This document shows positions 1-12,905 of a stretch of 64,000 nt of DNA, piece after piece. Below the pieces are notes generated by a model. That model did not search any database. It had not been told where the DNA came from and saw only the letters and a list, made by a program, of their open reading frames with translations. The position numbers were made by a program, and so were the translations under genes. The stretch spans positions 23,573-87,572 of the forward strand of contig CAWBOD010000006.1 of assembly GCA_963790345.1 (NCBI GenBank), given 5' to 3'. Each line of letters begins with the position of its first letter. Within the stretch, counting starts at the first letter, position 1. This DNA is from an uncultured Acidimicrobiia bacterium (GTDB taxonomy: Bacteria > Actinomycetota > Acidimicrobiia > Spongiisociales > ZC4RG35).

Positions 1-517
1 AAAGCCCGGGGCCGCCTCGACCACTTTGCCGACGACATAGCCGTTCGGATCGACCACCGGGTGGCCGACGGCGACGCCGTCGTCGGTTCCTTTGTCGATG
101 ACGAAGCTCGGCCCGAATGGATCGGGGCGACCGATCACGTTGGCCGGGGTCTGGGCGACGTCGGGGTCGAGGATCTCGAGATCGTTGATCTGCTCGAGCA
201 CCTCGACTCTCGCCTGCAGATCCTGAGTGCCGGCCTGCTCGGCCTGCAGGCGGGCGACTTCGGCCAGCAGGGCTTGATTCTCAGCCCGCAAAGTGGCGAG
301 ACCGGTCAGGGCCTCACCCAGGTCGGCAACGGGGTCGACCACGATCGCGGCGAGATTCTGAAGCGGAGCGAGGACGCTCAAGGCGCGTGCTGCGGATGGT
401 GCTCGAGACCGATCCTCCGGCCAGACGCACGTCAACCGTCATCAAGAGGAAGGCAGCCACCACCAGGGTGACGAAGGTGGGCAGCGCCCGATCACGTCGT
501 GAGTCACGGTCGATCAT
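1..517 (-). CDS. mreC: Rod shape-determining protein MreC (partial, runs off window; frame disrupted)
   Basis: N-terminus MIDRDSRRDRALPTFVTLVVAAFLL (TM segment) matches MreC. The rest continues in another minus frame. Located immediately downstream of mreB. Confidence 0.5.
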
Positions 518-591
518 CGGTTTTCGCTCCCGGGTGCCGGCACCAAGTCGTCCACCGTCACCAACCGATCAGCCGGCAGCTGTGGGCACCC

Positions 592-1614
<1,023 letters not shown>

Positions 1615-1848
1615 AGCAGAATCAAGAAGCCGCGAAAAGGACCTTCGGGAGTCTAGGGGTCATTGCTGGCATGTGCCATTCAGGGTTTTCGCGGTCACGC
1701 TCACCTCACTCAGTCGAAGAAGAGGCCGAGTTCCCTGGCGGCCGACTTCGGGACTGTCGGAGCCGTGGACGATGTTCTGGGTGACGGCCAACCCGAGATC
1801 GCCCCGGATGGTGCCCGGGATCGGCCTTCTTGGGATCCGTGGCACCCA

Positions 1849-2115
1849 TCAGGGTTCGGGCGACGACGACGGCTCGACTTCCCCGGTCCACTCCATGGCA
1901 ACGACCGGGCCCATCGTTATGAAGTCGAGCAGCTCCGGGAAGAACGGGCGCTCCACGTGCTCGGCATAGTGACGGCGGGCCAACGCCTCGTCGATGATCA
2001 GCATCCGGATCTTGGTAAGCCGGAGCCCCTTGCGTTCGAAGCGTCCAATGACCTCCCCTACCAGCCCTCTGGCCACACCATCAGGTTTCACCATTACAAA
2101 GGTGGTTTCGCTCAT
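1849..2115 (-). CDS. ndk: Nucleoside diphosphate kinase
   Basis: [31 protein letters not shown]... matches Ndk. Internal ATG at 2115 is preceded by a GGAG-like RBS; the upstream in-frame extension is probably not translated. Confidence 0.88.
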   Translation of the reverse strand: MSETTFVMVKPDGVARGLVGEVIGRFERKGLRLTKIRMLIIDEALARRHYAEHVERPFFPELLDFITMGPVVAMEWTGEVEPSSSPEP

Positions 2116-2124
2116 GGAACAGAG

Positions 2125-2250
2125 ACGTAGGCAGTAAGCCGGGGAGTAGGCAGTCGATAGGCAGCGCGAACGCAGCGGTCCGCCCGAGACGACAGCCGTT
2201 TGCAGCTTCACTGCCTCCTGCTGCCTACTGCCTACTGCCTACTGCCTACG
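2125..2250. repeat. Composite GTAGGCAG / CTGCCTACT repeat element (locus A)
   Basis: Three GTAGGCAG units at about 13-bp spacing (2127-2165). One degenerate CTGCCTCCT unit is followed by four tandem CTGCCTAC(T) 9-mer units (2211-2249). The two modules are in inverted orientation. Confidence 0.8.
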
Positions 2251-2262
2251 TTTCTGGTTGTC

Positions 2263-3673
2263 TCACCTCTCGTTTCTCTGCGCTGCCTTGCCTGTCGTCA
2301 GAAGGCTTCTGATCGCGCCGACCAGGTAGAGCGAGCCCGTCACCAGGACTGCACCTTCGGGCCCGGCCAGGTCGCGGGCTCGGGCCAAGGCGGCCGCAGG
2401 TTCGGCGATCGGACTTCGACCGGCACCTCGAGAGCACGTCGCCAGACGTCGCCGGCCAGGTCGTGCAGCCGGCCAGCGAACGACTCGAACCGATTTCGGT
2501 GGCGATCGCGCTTCTGAACTCGACCCTTTCAGACTGCGGAACCATCTGCGGCGAGGTCCTTGTCCTTCATGGCCGACATGACAAGCACCCAACTTCTGGT
2601 TGGCGAACTCTTCGGCCAGGGAGGACGCCAGCGCGCGCATTCCTTGCGGGTTGTGAGCTCCATCGATCAGGACCAACGGGCGACGAGGCCACCACTTCGA
2701 GCCGACCCGGCGAAGTCACGGCGGCCACTCCGCTGCGAAGGGCGTCCTCGTCCAGTGGTCCCCCAAGCAACGCCTCGGAGGCGGCCACGGCCACCGCCAG
2801 ATTGGCGATCTGATGACGTCCCCGCAGTGGAAGGAACACATCCTCGTAGTCCCCACGCGTGCCGTTGATCGAAACCAGCCAGCCCCCGACCCCTCGATCG
2901 GAGCCTTCGATTCGGAAGTCCTGGTCGAACTCGTAATGGGTTGCTCCGAGATCGGTAGCAGTCGCGCGGGCGATCCGCAACGCCTCCTCGGGCATCGCTC
3001 CGGTGACCAGCATGGACCCGGGCTTGACGATCCCGAGCTTTTCGGTGGCAATCTGTTCGATCGTGGTACCGAGAATTTCGGTGTGGTCGAAGTCGATGCC
3101 GGTCACGACCGCCACCTCCCCATCAGCGGCGTTCGTGGCGTCGAGCCGCCCCCCGAGACCGACTTCCACGACCGCCGCATCCACCGGACTGCTCCGAGAA
3201 CCAGGCGAAGGCCGTCGCGGCGGTCAAGTTCGAAATACGACGCACTCTCGCCGGTTCTCTTCTCGTACAGATCGGCGAAACCGGCGACATCCGTCACCGC
3301 CTGCGCGAACTCCTCTGGGCGTCGAAGTTCGGCCGTTGACACCGATGCGCTCCTCGATGCGCTCGAGATGAGGGGAGGTGAAGGTCCCGGTGTTGAGCCC
3401 GTGGGCGGCGAGGATCACGGTTATCAAGCGGGCAGTCGAAGTCTTGCCATTGGTGCCGGCGACGTGGACGATCGGGTAGCCGAATTCCGGGTGGCCCATG
3501 ATTTCCAGGAGCTGGACCATTCGCTCGAGTCCCGGCTTCATCCCGAGATCGATGTGCCGTTCAAGGTACCCGATTGCGCTCTCGTAGTCCACAGCGCAGA
3601 GCATAAGGACCGGGAGTAGCTCGGAAAATGAAAGAGGGCCCGCCAGGCGGACCCTCTTCCTGAGCACAGTCAA
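2263..3673 (-). pseudogene. folC: Folylpolyglutamate synthase / dihydrofolate synthase FolC, split over at least 3 frames
   Basis: N-terminal HVAGTNGKTST Mur-ligase P-loop (3224-3673), middle domain (2567-3184) and C-terminal ...LVTGSLYLVG (2263-2676) lie in different frames. Confidence 0.7.
3620..3657 (-). terminator. Rho-independent terminator downstream of LPxTG gene 1
   Basis: GC-rich dyad aagagggcccgcc/ggcggaccctctt followed on the minus strand by a U-rich tract (cuuucauuuucc). Confidence 0.5.
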
Positions 3674-3679
3674 CCGAGG

Positions 3680-4715
3680 TCAGTCCCAGCTGCGAGCAGC
3701 CGTCCTTTCGTCAGGCTGGCGGGACGCCATCGAGAAGAGAAGACCAATCCCGGCCAAGGCGAGGGCTAGTAGTGCCATCGAACCGGTCGAGATGCCGGTG
3801 AACGGGAGAGTCTCCTGAGTTGCGACCTGGGCGGCGACCGGAGCCGAGACCTGAATCCCGAGCACCTCCACCTCTTCTGACACCACGTCGAACGGTGCCG
3901 TCGAACTGGTCGTGGTCGCCTGCGACACGACGACGTTGGACTGGCCCGAAGTGGTCGTTGCCGCCTGCGTAGTGGACGTAGTTGTAGCGGTAGTCGAAGA
4001 CCCCGCCGTAGTCGCCGTGGTCGAAGACCCCGCCGTAGTCGACGTAGTCGAAGACAGCCGCCGTGGTCGACGTAGTCGAAGAATCAACCGTGGTCGACGT
4101 AGTCGAAGAATCAACCGTGGTCGACGTAGTCGAAGAATCAACCGTGGTCGACGTAGTCGAAGAATCAACCGTCGTCGACGTAGTCGAAGAATCGACCGTC
4201 GTCGAAGTAGTCGACACCTCCGTGCAGCCGGTCACCCAGAACACCTTGTACTTGGTGTCGGCACCAATCGATCCTTCGGCGTTCACCGTGAGCTTGACAT
4301 GCCAACCCTGCTGAGGATGCGGCGCGTATCCGCTCAGGTCCAGGGTATACGTCGCAGCGGCGTCGATACCGGCTTCGCTTCCGCCTCCGGAGTGGTCGTC
4401 CTCACCAATGAAAACGGTGTCGGTCAGTACGGTTTCGAAGGGACCGGTCGGCGGTTGCACCTCGAAAGTGACCTGCGCATTCAGATCGCCGGCGTCGAAG
4501 CCGTAGAAGTCGACCTGGAAAATGCAGCCGACGTGGGGCTCGTTGTCCGGGTGGATATCAAACTCGATGCCATCGATCTTGACCGTACCGTTATTTCCTG
4601 GGGGATCCCCGCCAGGGGTGGCCGCAGCTGGCAGACCCAAAACCACCAAGACCAGCGACATCAGCAAGAGGATCACTCCTGCCGTGCCGGTCGTGCGCCT
4701 CGATCTAGTGCTCAT
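3680..4715 (-). CDS. Sortase-anchored (LPxTG) surface protein with Ser/Thr-rich tandem repeats (frame change inside the repeat tract)
   Basis: Signal peptide MSTRSRRTTGTAGVILLLMSLVLVVLGLPAAATP. 27-nt tandem repeats encode STTSTTVDS. C-terminus is QETLPFTG + hydrophobic segment + RQPDERTAAR charged tail. GGAGG RBS 10 nt upstream of the ATG. Confidence 0.75.
4005..4200. repeat. 27-nt coding tandem repeats (gtcgacgtagtcgaagaatcaaccgtg-like, about 6 units)
   Basis: Direct tandem repetition visible in sequence. Encodes the Thr/Ser-rich linker of the LPxTG protein. Confidence 0.85.
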
Positions 4716-4875
4716 TTAACCAATGCCTCCAATTCGCTTCATACTCGCGAGAAGGCCGGTCGCACCACTGGCTCGCTTCATCCCAGGTGCCCGCTTTTGC
4801 GGGGTGAAGGTCATAACCGCCCAGTCGCCCCTACCACTCTCGGTGGTCTTAGTCACTCCCTGTTGCTGAGCTTCA
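4716..4875 (-). promoter_or_regulatory. Conserved 5' leader / promoter region of LPxTG gene 1 (about 90% identical to 6098-6260)
   Basis: Near-identical block shared with the paralog's upstream region. Contains hairpins (cuucaccccgcaaaagcgggcaccugggaugaag; gaccaccgagagugguag) ahead of the GGAGG RBS. Confidence 0.4.
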
Positions 4876-5084
4876 GTTCGTGACCAGGACTTGGTACCCC
4901 CGAGTTTGACGTCTGACACCTGAACATAGAAGGGCCAAGAAACCCATTTGGCATCTTGGGATGAGCCTGCGGACCCATTGGACCTTCGACCGATCGGCCA
5001 CCGTACCGGTTACAGATTCAAAAGCGCAGTAATGCGGACGGATGTATCCAGGGTCACTGCCTTCCGCCGGCGACGCCTGGCGCC

Positions 5085-5124
5085 GGACCAAAATGGAGAG
5101 GGCCCGCCAAGCGGGCCCTCTCCC
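5085..5124 (-). terminator. Rho-independent terminator downstream of LPxTG gene 2
   Basis: Dyad gagagggcccgc/gcgggccctctc followed on the minus strand by a U-rich tract. Paralogous to the 3620-3657 terminator. Confidence 0.5.
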
Positions 5125-5144
5125 CTGAGCACAGTTATCTGAGG

Positions 5145-6097
5145 TCAGTTCCAGCTGCGAGCCGGCGTCTTCTCATCGGTCTGGCGGGCTGCCATCAGCA
5201 GGAGCACGCCAATCCCGGCAAGGGCGAGTGCCAGCAAAGCCATCGAACTCGTCGACATCCCGGTGAACGGCAGGGTCTCCTGAGTGGCGACCTGGGCCAC
5301 GGCCGGAGCCGAGACCTGAATCCCGAGGACTGCGGTATCGATCTCGGGCACCGAGTCGAACGGAATGGTCGACGTGGTGCGTCGGCGGCTCGTCGTGGAC
5401 GACTCGCGGCTGCGTGGTCGTAGTCGTCGGCTGCGTGGTCGTAGTCGTCGGCTGCGTGGTCGTAGTCGGCGGCTGCGTGGTCGTAGTCGTCGGCGGCTGC
5501 GTGGTCGTAGTCGACGGCGGCTGCGTGGTCGTAGTCGACGGCGGCTGCGTGGTCGTAGTCGACGGCGGCTGCGTGGTCGTAGTCGACGGCGGCTGCGTGG
5601 TCGTAGTCGACGGCGGCTGCGTGGTCGTAGTCGACGGCGGCTGCGTGGTCGTAGTCGACGGCGGCTGCGTGGTCGTAGTCGACGGCGGCTGCGTGGTCGT
5701 AGTCGACGGATCGATCGACGTAGTTGTGGAAGGCTGGGTGGTCGTGGTGCAGGTCGGCCAATGGCTCAGCACCAGCATTCCATTGTCGTTCACATCGTCA
5801 GACGCACTGAGGAGCGTGTCCCCCGCCGCCAGATTGATGTAGTAGTGCAGGTTGGCAGAAGGTGATGGAGAATTTGCCACCACGACCTGACCTGCTGACG
5901 CAAATACTGCCGTCAGGGTGCCGGAGGTAGCCGTGGTCTGATTGTGGATCCAGTGCCACTCTCCACCGCAGGTAGCACTCGATTGCCGTTGGCCTGCACG
6001 TTGGCCACGGCCGGTAATCCAAAGGCCACCACCAGGGACATGAACAACAACATCACCCCGGCGATGCCCGTCGTTCGTCGATATGCCAGCTTGTTCA
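5145..6097 (-). CDS. Sortase-anchored (LPxTG) surface protein paralog with Thr/Pro-rich repeats (frame changes present)
   Basis: Signal peptide VNKLAYRRTTGIAGVMLLFMSLVVAFGLPAVA after GGAGG-N6-GTG. TTTQPPSTT repeats from 27-nt tandem units. C-terminal QETLPFTG + TM + RQTDEKTPAR tail. Confidence 0.7.
5395..5720. repeat. 21/27-nt coding tandem repeats (ctgcgtggtcgtagtcgacggcgg-like, about 11 units)
   Basis: Direct tandem repetition. Encodes PSTTTTQP-type linker. Confidence 0.85.
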
Positions 6098-6260
6098 CGC
6101 GTTGCCTCCAATTCGCTCGCCCATGCGAAAAGGCCGGTCGCACCACTGGCTCGCTTCATCCCAGGTGCCCGCTTTTGCGGGATGAAGGTCGTAACCGCCC
6201 ACTCGCCCCCGACCACTCTTAGTGGTCTCGGTCACTCACTGTAGCTGAGGTTCAATCGGT
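6098..6260 (-). promoter_or_regulatory. Conserved 5' leader / promoter region of LPxTG gene 2
   Basis: About 90% identical to 4716-4875 and contains the same hairpins. Confidence 0.4.
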
Positions 6261-6373
6261 GACAAGAGCCTGATTCATCGATCTTCCCGGATCGGGTCGA
6301 TAACCCACTCCTCGGACAACGGGCCAAACCTCATTGCCCGGTGGTGGAGTCTGACTTGAAGGCTGACGTCGCC

Positions 6374-7634
<1,261 letters not shown>

Positions 7635-7648
7635 CTTGCGCTGCCCTC

Positions 7649-8275
<627 letters not shown>

Positions 8276-8397
8276 CTCAACTCTCCTCATCGACGATCTC
8301 GGCCTCGAATACTTGGTCTTCGGGCATCTTGGCCTTCCTGGCACCTGGCCTTCTCGATGACTCGTCTGCACCGGATCCAGGGTCGATTATCTCAGCT

Positions 8398-9766
8398 TCA
8401 ACTGCGTCGACTTCCTGACCATTCTCCTCGGAGTCCAAAGAGCTCTTCATCGATCGAGAGATCTACCGGGTTTCCCTCGCTATCAACGGCCCTGGCCGCG
8501 GCGATCACGGCTTCGACCGCCTTGTTCCTCAGAATATCACCGGCCAGCGACAAGGCTCGCGGGCTGTTGGTGAAGGCGTCGAACACCTCTTTGGCATTCT
8601 CCGAGGACCTGGCCAGGGCCTCGATCGTGGCGGCGACTTCCTCCGGACGTGACCTTGATGTCCTCGGCCTTGGCGACCGCCTCGAGCACCAGCCTGGTCC
8701 GGATTGAGCGGTTCGCTTGCTGGCGGAGGTCTTCGATGAAGGCCTCCTGGTCGATCCCGGTGGCCTCGAAGTAGTCGGCCAGAGTGATCTCGTTCTCCTC
8801 CAACCGGTGCGAGAACCGATGGAACAACTCGTCCATCTCGGTGGTAACCAGACCTTCGGGAAGATCGATCTCGGCCTCGTCGACCAGCAAGTCGAGCGCC
8901 TTCTGGCGGAACTGGCTGAGAACTGCCCTCCGTTTGGTCACGGCCAGCCGCTCGGCCAGCTCGGACCGTAACTCTTCGACCGTCTCGAATTCGGTGACCT
9001 CGTTGACCCAGTCGTCGTCGAGATCCGGCAGCACCCTGGCCTTGACCTCGTTGACTTTGACCTGGAAGCTCACCGTTGTCTCCGGCCCGTTCCCCAAAGC
9101 CGGCCGGAAGCGGACGCCTCGAAGGAGACCTCCTCACCGGCGCTGTTGCCCCGCAAGCTGGTCGTCGATGCCATCGATCATGATTCCCGAGCCCGACCTC
9201 GTACAGAAGTTCGGTGGCGTTGGCTTCTTCGACCGGCGCACCCTCGGCGATGGCGCTGATGTCGATGGAAACGAAGTCGCCATCGTCGGCGGGCGCGCTC
9301 GACGGTCTCGAGGCTGGCGAACTGCTGACGCATCCGGTCGAGGCTGGCTTCCAGATCGGATTCCGATGAGCTCGGGGGCTTCGACCTCGACAGCCCGATC
9401 CTTGTAGTCCGGAGTGGCGTCGAGTTCGGGCCACAGGGTCACTCGGACCTCGGCATTGACGCCCCCCTCGATGTCGTCGACCTTCTCGAGGGTCGGGGTC
9501 ACGGCCGGGGCCAGATTGGTCTCGGTGAGGATCTCTCCCAGCTTCTTGGGGATCAGATCCTCGATCGCTTCGGTCCGAAGCCGGCCGGCACCGATCGCCG
9601 CCTCCACGACGGGGCGGGGTGCCTTGCCGGGGCGAAACCCGGGGATCTTCAGATCCTTGGCGAGCCTGCGGGCCGCGCCGGCCTTGGCGCTGTCGATCTC
9701 GGCATCGGTCAGTTCAACCGTCACCACCCGCTCAAAACGGCTGACCTCGCGGACAGTTTCGGTCAT
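8398..9766 (-). CDS. tig: Trigger factor (peptidyl-prolyl isomerase), split over 3 frames
   Basis: N-terminal MTETVREVSRFERVVTVELTDAEIDSA...IPGFRPGKAP and the middle/C-terminal segments are in different frames. Order tig-clpP-clpX is conserved. Confidence 0.8.
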
Positions 9767-9866
9767 TCCGGCCACTCGGTTCTCAACAAGGTCTGCCTCT
9801 CTTGACGCATTCGGGCTGTGGACGGTGCGATGACAACACCAACCACCATCCACCGATCTTGCTCGT

Positions 9867-9944
9867 TGGGGTGACCGAGGGGACTTGAACCCCCGACCTC
9901 CAGGGCCACAACCTGGCGCTCTAACCGAGCTGAGCTACGGCCAC
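9867..9944 (-). tRNA. tRNA-His (GTG), CCA encoded, extra 5' G
   Basis: Cloverleaf read by eye: D-arm tagctcagctcggttagagcg, anticodon stem ccagg/cctgg with loop ttGTGgc, T-arm ggttcaagtcc. Confidence 0.85.
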
Positions 9945-9968
9945 CGTGATTTCGGTTCGAATCGCGGG

Positions 9969-10041
9969 CACCCCCGGGAGGATTCGAACCTCCGACCAAG
10001 AGCTTAGAAGGCTCCTGCTCTGTCCTCTGAGCTACGGGGGC
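9969..10041 (-). tRNA. tRNA-Arg (TCT)
   Basis: gcccccgtagctcagaggacagagc + anticodon stem ggagc/gctct with loop cuTCTaa + T-arm ggaggttcgaatcctcc. Confidence 0.8.
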
Positions 10042-10099
10042 AGAGGTCGCCCAAAGTCTAAAAGGCACCCTCGACGCCGAACCTCCACAAGCTCAATGG

Positions 10100-10145
10100 C
10101 TTAGAGATCTCCTGCTCTGTCCTCTGAGCTACGGGGGCAGAGGTC
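10100..10145 (-). other. Partial duplicate of the 5' half of tRNA-Arg
   Basis: 46-nt stretch gcttagagatctcctgctctgtcctctgagctacgggggcagaggtc is near-identical to the 5' acceptor/D-arm/anticodon-stem part of the adjacent intact tRNA-Arg. The T-arm is missing. Confidence 0.6.
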
Positions 10146-10269
10146 AGCCCAAGTGGCTGAGTGACTCGATGGCTCAATGGCTGAGCTCGCAGCTCTGTCC
10201 GAGTCGGAGGCGACTCAATTCTAGGTCTCAGGAACCCACCACTCACGCACCCACCACCCACCACTCCTC

Positions 10270-10344
10270 TGGGAGCGGGTGAAGGGAATCGAACCCTCAT
10301 GACCAGCTTGGAAGGCTGGAGCTCTGCCATTGAGCTACACCCGC
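10270..10344 (-). tRNA. tRNA-Gly (TCC), CCA encoded
   Basis: gcgggtgtagctcaatggcagagc + anticodon stem ccagc/gctgg with loop cuTCCaa + T-arm gagggttcgattccc. Confidence 0.85.
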
Positions 10345-10399
10345 GAGCGGGATCGGATTCTAAACGGTCGGGCTTGGCCCTGCAACCGGCTGGTGATGG

Positions 10400-11190
10400 A
10401 TCGGCGCTTCCGCTCCCAGAGTGATCCGCCGAGAACCCTATGAGCTCAGCGACTCGGCGATCAGCAGCCTCTCCTCCAAGTCCAGATTCGACTCGAGCCG
10501 ATAGGTGATCCCGCTCGTCTCCCAGATCAGCACATTTCCGGTCAGCCGTGTCGCGTCTTCGACACGTCAGGCCGCCCGTCTCGAACATGAACACGTGGGG
10601 CGCCCCCGCCAGCCAGAAGGCTCGGCACCCCGTCGACGATTCACCCGATCGACCGTCGTCCCTCCCTGACACGATCTTGTTGAAGAAGTCCTCGTCGAGA
10701 TCGGCCCTGAATTCGGCCAGCAAGCAATCCCGTGCCGCTGTCCCCGACTTCCGGCAGTCCGATCCGAGGCTTCCCAGGCCAGGAACACCTGGGTGCCCAG
10801 CTCCCATTGCAAGAGATGGACCGCGGTGGGGGGTTCGAGCACCGATGGAACCAGGATCGGAAAGTCGACAGCGCCTCGGGCCGACTTCCAGGTCGACCTG
10901 GACGCCGGGGGCGAGATCCGTTGGGACAGGAAGATCGGGGACATCGCCGAACTCGATATCGGATTCCGGCCACCTCCAGCAGGTTCGCCACCGCCTGCCG
11001 GCCGGCGGGCACGAGCAAGATGACCAGGGCTAGGCCAGCGAGCAACGCCAGCCAACCCAGGCCACTCCGAGGTCGCCAGGTTGGTCGGCCGGGTTCCAGA
11101 CGGAGCCGCGGCGCTGAAGTCGACGGGAGTCGGCCACTCGATGCCCTCGGACAGATCCCGGAGGGCCGCTTCGATGGATCGGTCGAGCAA
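10400..11190 (-). CDS. Putative membrane anti-sigma factor, heavily frame-disrupted
   Basis: Starts MLDRSIEAALRDL at the stop of the ECF sigma gene. A TM segment GLGWLALLAGLALVILLVPAG lies in another frame. Fragments are spread over 3 frames. Confidence 0.3.
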
Positions 11191-11770
11191 TCATCGGTCG
11201 ATGCCTCCGTCAGTCTGGCCGCAAGCCTTTCCAGCGCCCGGGCCGACCTCGACTTGACCGTACCGATGGCGATACCCAAGCGCCACGGGCGGTCTCAGCC
11301 TCGAGAAGCTCCAGGAAGTATCGGTACTCGATCACCTCTCTGAGGCGGGGCGGCAGGGCTTCCACTGCCTCGAGGAGCTGGCGCCGGTTCGTCATCGCTG
11401 GACGACCACCGTCTCGGGAGATGGGGCCGCATCCCCCAAGACGGGGTCGGAGGCGATCCTCAGGACCAGCCCGGCCCGGCGTCCGGCGCTCCGGCGACGG
11501 TTGAGGGCCTCGTTCCGGACGATCCGCAGCAGCCAGGGCCGGAAGTCGGCTCCGGCCCGGAAGCGACCCAGGGCCCGGTAGGCCTTCATGAAAGCGACCT
11601 GGGTGGCGTCTTCAGCCTCGGCCGGAGTCGCGAAGCACGAGGTAGGCCACCCTGAAGGCGACGTCCTGGTAGGCGCGGACGAGATCCGTGTAGGCAGAGA
11701 CATCTCCGTTCTTGGCCTGTTCGACCAGGCGATTTTCATCCAGTGGACGGCCCTCCACCGACAGGTTCAT
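11170..11770 (-). CDS. ECF-family RNA polymerase sigma-70 factor (frame disrupted)
   Basis: Region 2 AEDATQVAFMKAYRALGRFRAGADFRPWLLRIVRNEALNRRR. Region 4 LPPRLREVIEYRYFLEL...GIAIGTVKSRSARALERL in other frames. Confidence 0.65.
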
Positions 11771-11865
11771 CTCAGATACACCGCCGGCCATCCGGAAGGT
11801 TCCATGGAACCATGGACCCCGGCCGGTGTAGTGATGTGCAAAGAGCCGACCAAGGAGGAGCAGTC

Positions 11866-12764
11866 ATGGTTCGATACCGGATCGCACTTGTCGCCATCCT
11901 CGCAGTGATGACGATCCCGATGACGGCGTTCGCCGGAGGCTGGGCCATCGCGTCGTTCGACGAGGTCCCCGGCGACTTCCAGGCGGGAGCCACCTACGAC
12001 CTGGAGTACACAATCCTCCAGCACGGCGAGACCCCGGTTGATGTCGGCAACAGCCAGGTCCGCATCGTCGACTGCCAATGGAACGCGTCACTGCCTTCGA
12101 TGCCGTGCCAGCTGGTGAGACGGGCCGGTACTCGGTCTCGATCACCTTCCCGGAATCGGGCACCTGGCAATGGGAAGTGACCATGGGGGACTTCGGCACT
12201 CACCAGATGGGAACGCATCGAGGTGGCCGCCGCGGCCATCGGCGGCAGCGACGTCCGGGTCGATGCTTCGGTGGTTGCTGCCGCTGGCGCTGGTGCTGGT
12301 CGTCGGGCTGGTCGCCATCCAGGTGGCGCAATCTGGCAAGGACGCGACGGTCCAGCCACCCGACTTCGTGCGGACTGACCTGATCAGGCTCTGGTTGACG
12401 GTGGCGCTCGCCGTGGTTCTGGCGAGTCGCCACCGTCGCCGTGTACCGAGCTCCAGCCGGGGAGACCCCGATCGGCCTCCCCGGACGGCGGGGCGCTGCT
12501 GTTCCAGGCCAAGGGATGCAGCGGCTGCCACACGATCGCCGGGGTCGCCGAGTTCGCCTCGATCGGCCCCAACCTGACGCATCTGTCAGTGACGTCGCCG
12601 ACGAGCGGGTCGCGGGGATGAGCGCCGTGGCCTACGTGACCCAATCGATTCGAGAGCCACAGGCCTTCACCGTCACCGGCTTCGGCGCCGGCGTGATGCC
12701 GACCTTCGAGTTGTCGGATGCCGAGGTGGAATCGCTCGTGGCATTTCTCCTCACCGAGCGGTAG
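11866..12764 (+). CDS. Membrane-anchored/secreted cytochrome c family protein with N-terminal beta-rich domain (split over 4 frames)
   Basis: AGGAGG RBS before ATG 11866. Signal peptide MVRYRIALVAILAVMTIPMTAFA. CxxCH heme motif in LFQAKGCSGCHTIAG at about 12520. Class I cytochrome c C-terminus YVTQSIREPQAFTV...MPTFELSDAEVESLVAFLL. Confidence 0.55.
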
Positions 12765-12829
12765 CCCGCTTCGAAGGCCGGGTCGATCTGTTCGATCGAG
12801 CGCATCCCGGGTTAGGCTGGAGTAACCCC

Positions 12830-12903
12830 CGGGATGTAGCGCAGCTTGGTAGCGCACCTGCTTTGGGAGCAGGGGGTCGCGGGTTCGAGTCCCGCCATCC
12901 CGA
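12830..12903 (+). tRNA. tRNA-Pro (TGG)
   Basis: cgggatgtagcgcagcttggtagcgc + anticodon stem cctgc/gcagg with loop uuTGGga + T-arm gcgggttcgagtcccgc + catcccga. Confidence 0.85.
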
Positions 12904-12905
12904 CC

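Noticed and set aside
4063-4314. Plus-strand ORFs made of VVDVVEEST repeats (also 5365-5865 and 5414-5842)
   Set aside because: They are the antisense reading of the 27-nt coding repeats of the LPxTG genes.
4716-4875. Assignment of the LPxTG leader to a known riboswitch class (c-di-GMP, c-di-AMP)
   Set aside because: Could not match the consensus features of either class by eye, so it stays 'conserved structured leader'.
4005-5720. Possible CRISPR array suggested by regular tandem repeats
   Set aside because: Repeats are 21/27 nt, perfectly contiguous with no unique spacers, and lie inside coding frames of surface proteins.
10150-10260. Possible additional tRNA between the tRNA-Arg fragment and tRNA-Gly
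   Set aside because: No cloverleaf could be drawn; only short similarity (ggctcaatggctgagctcg) to D-arm-like sequence.
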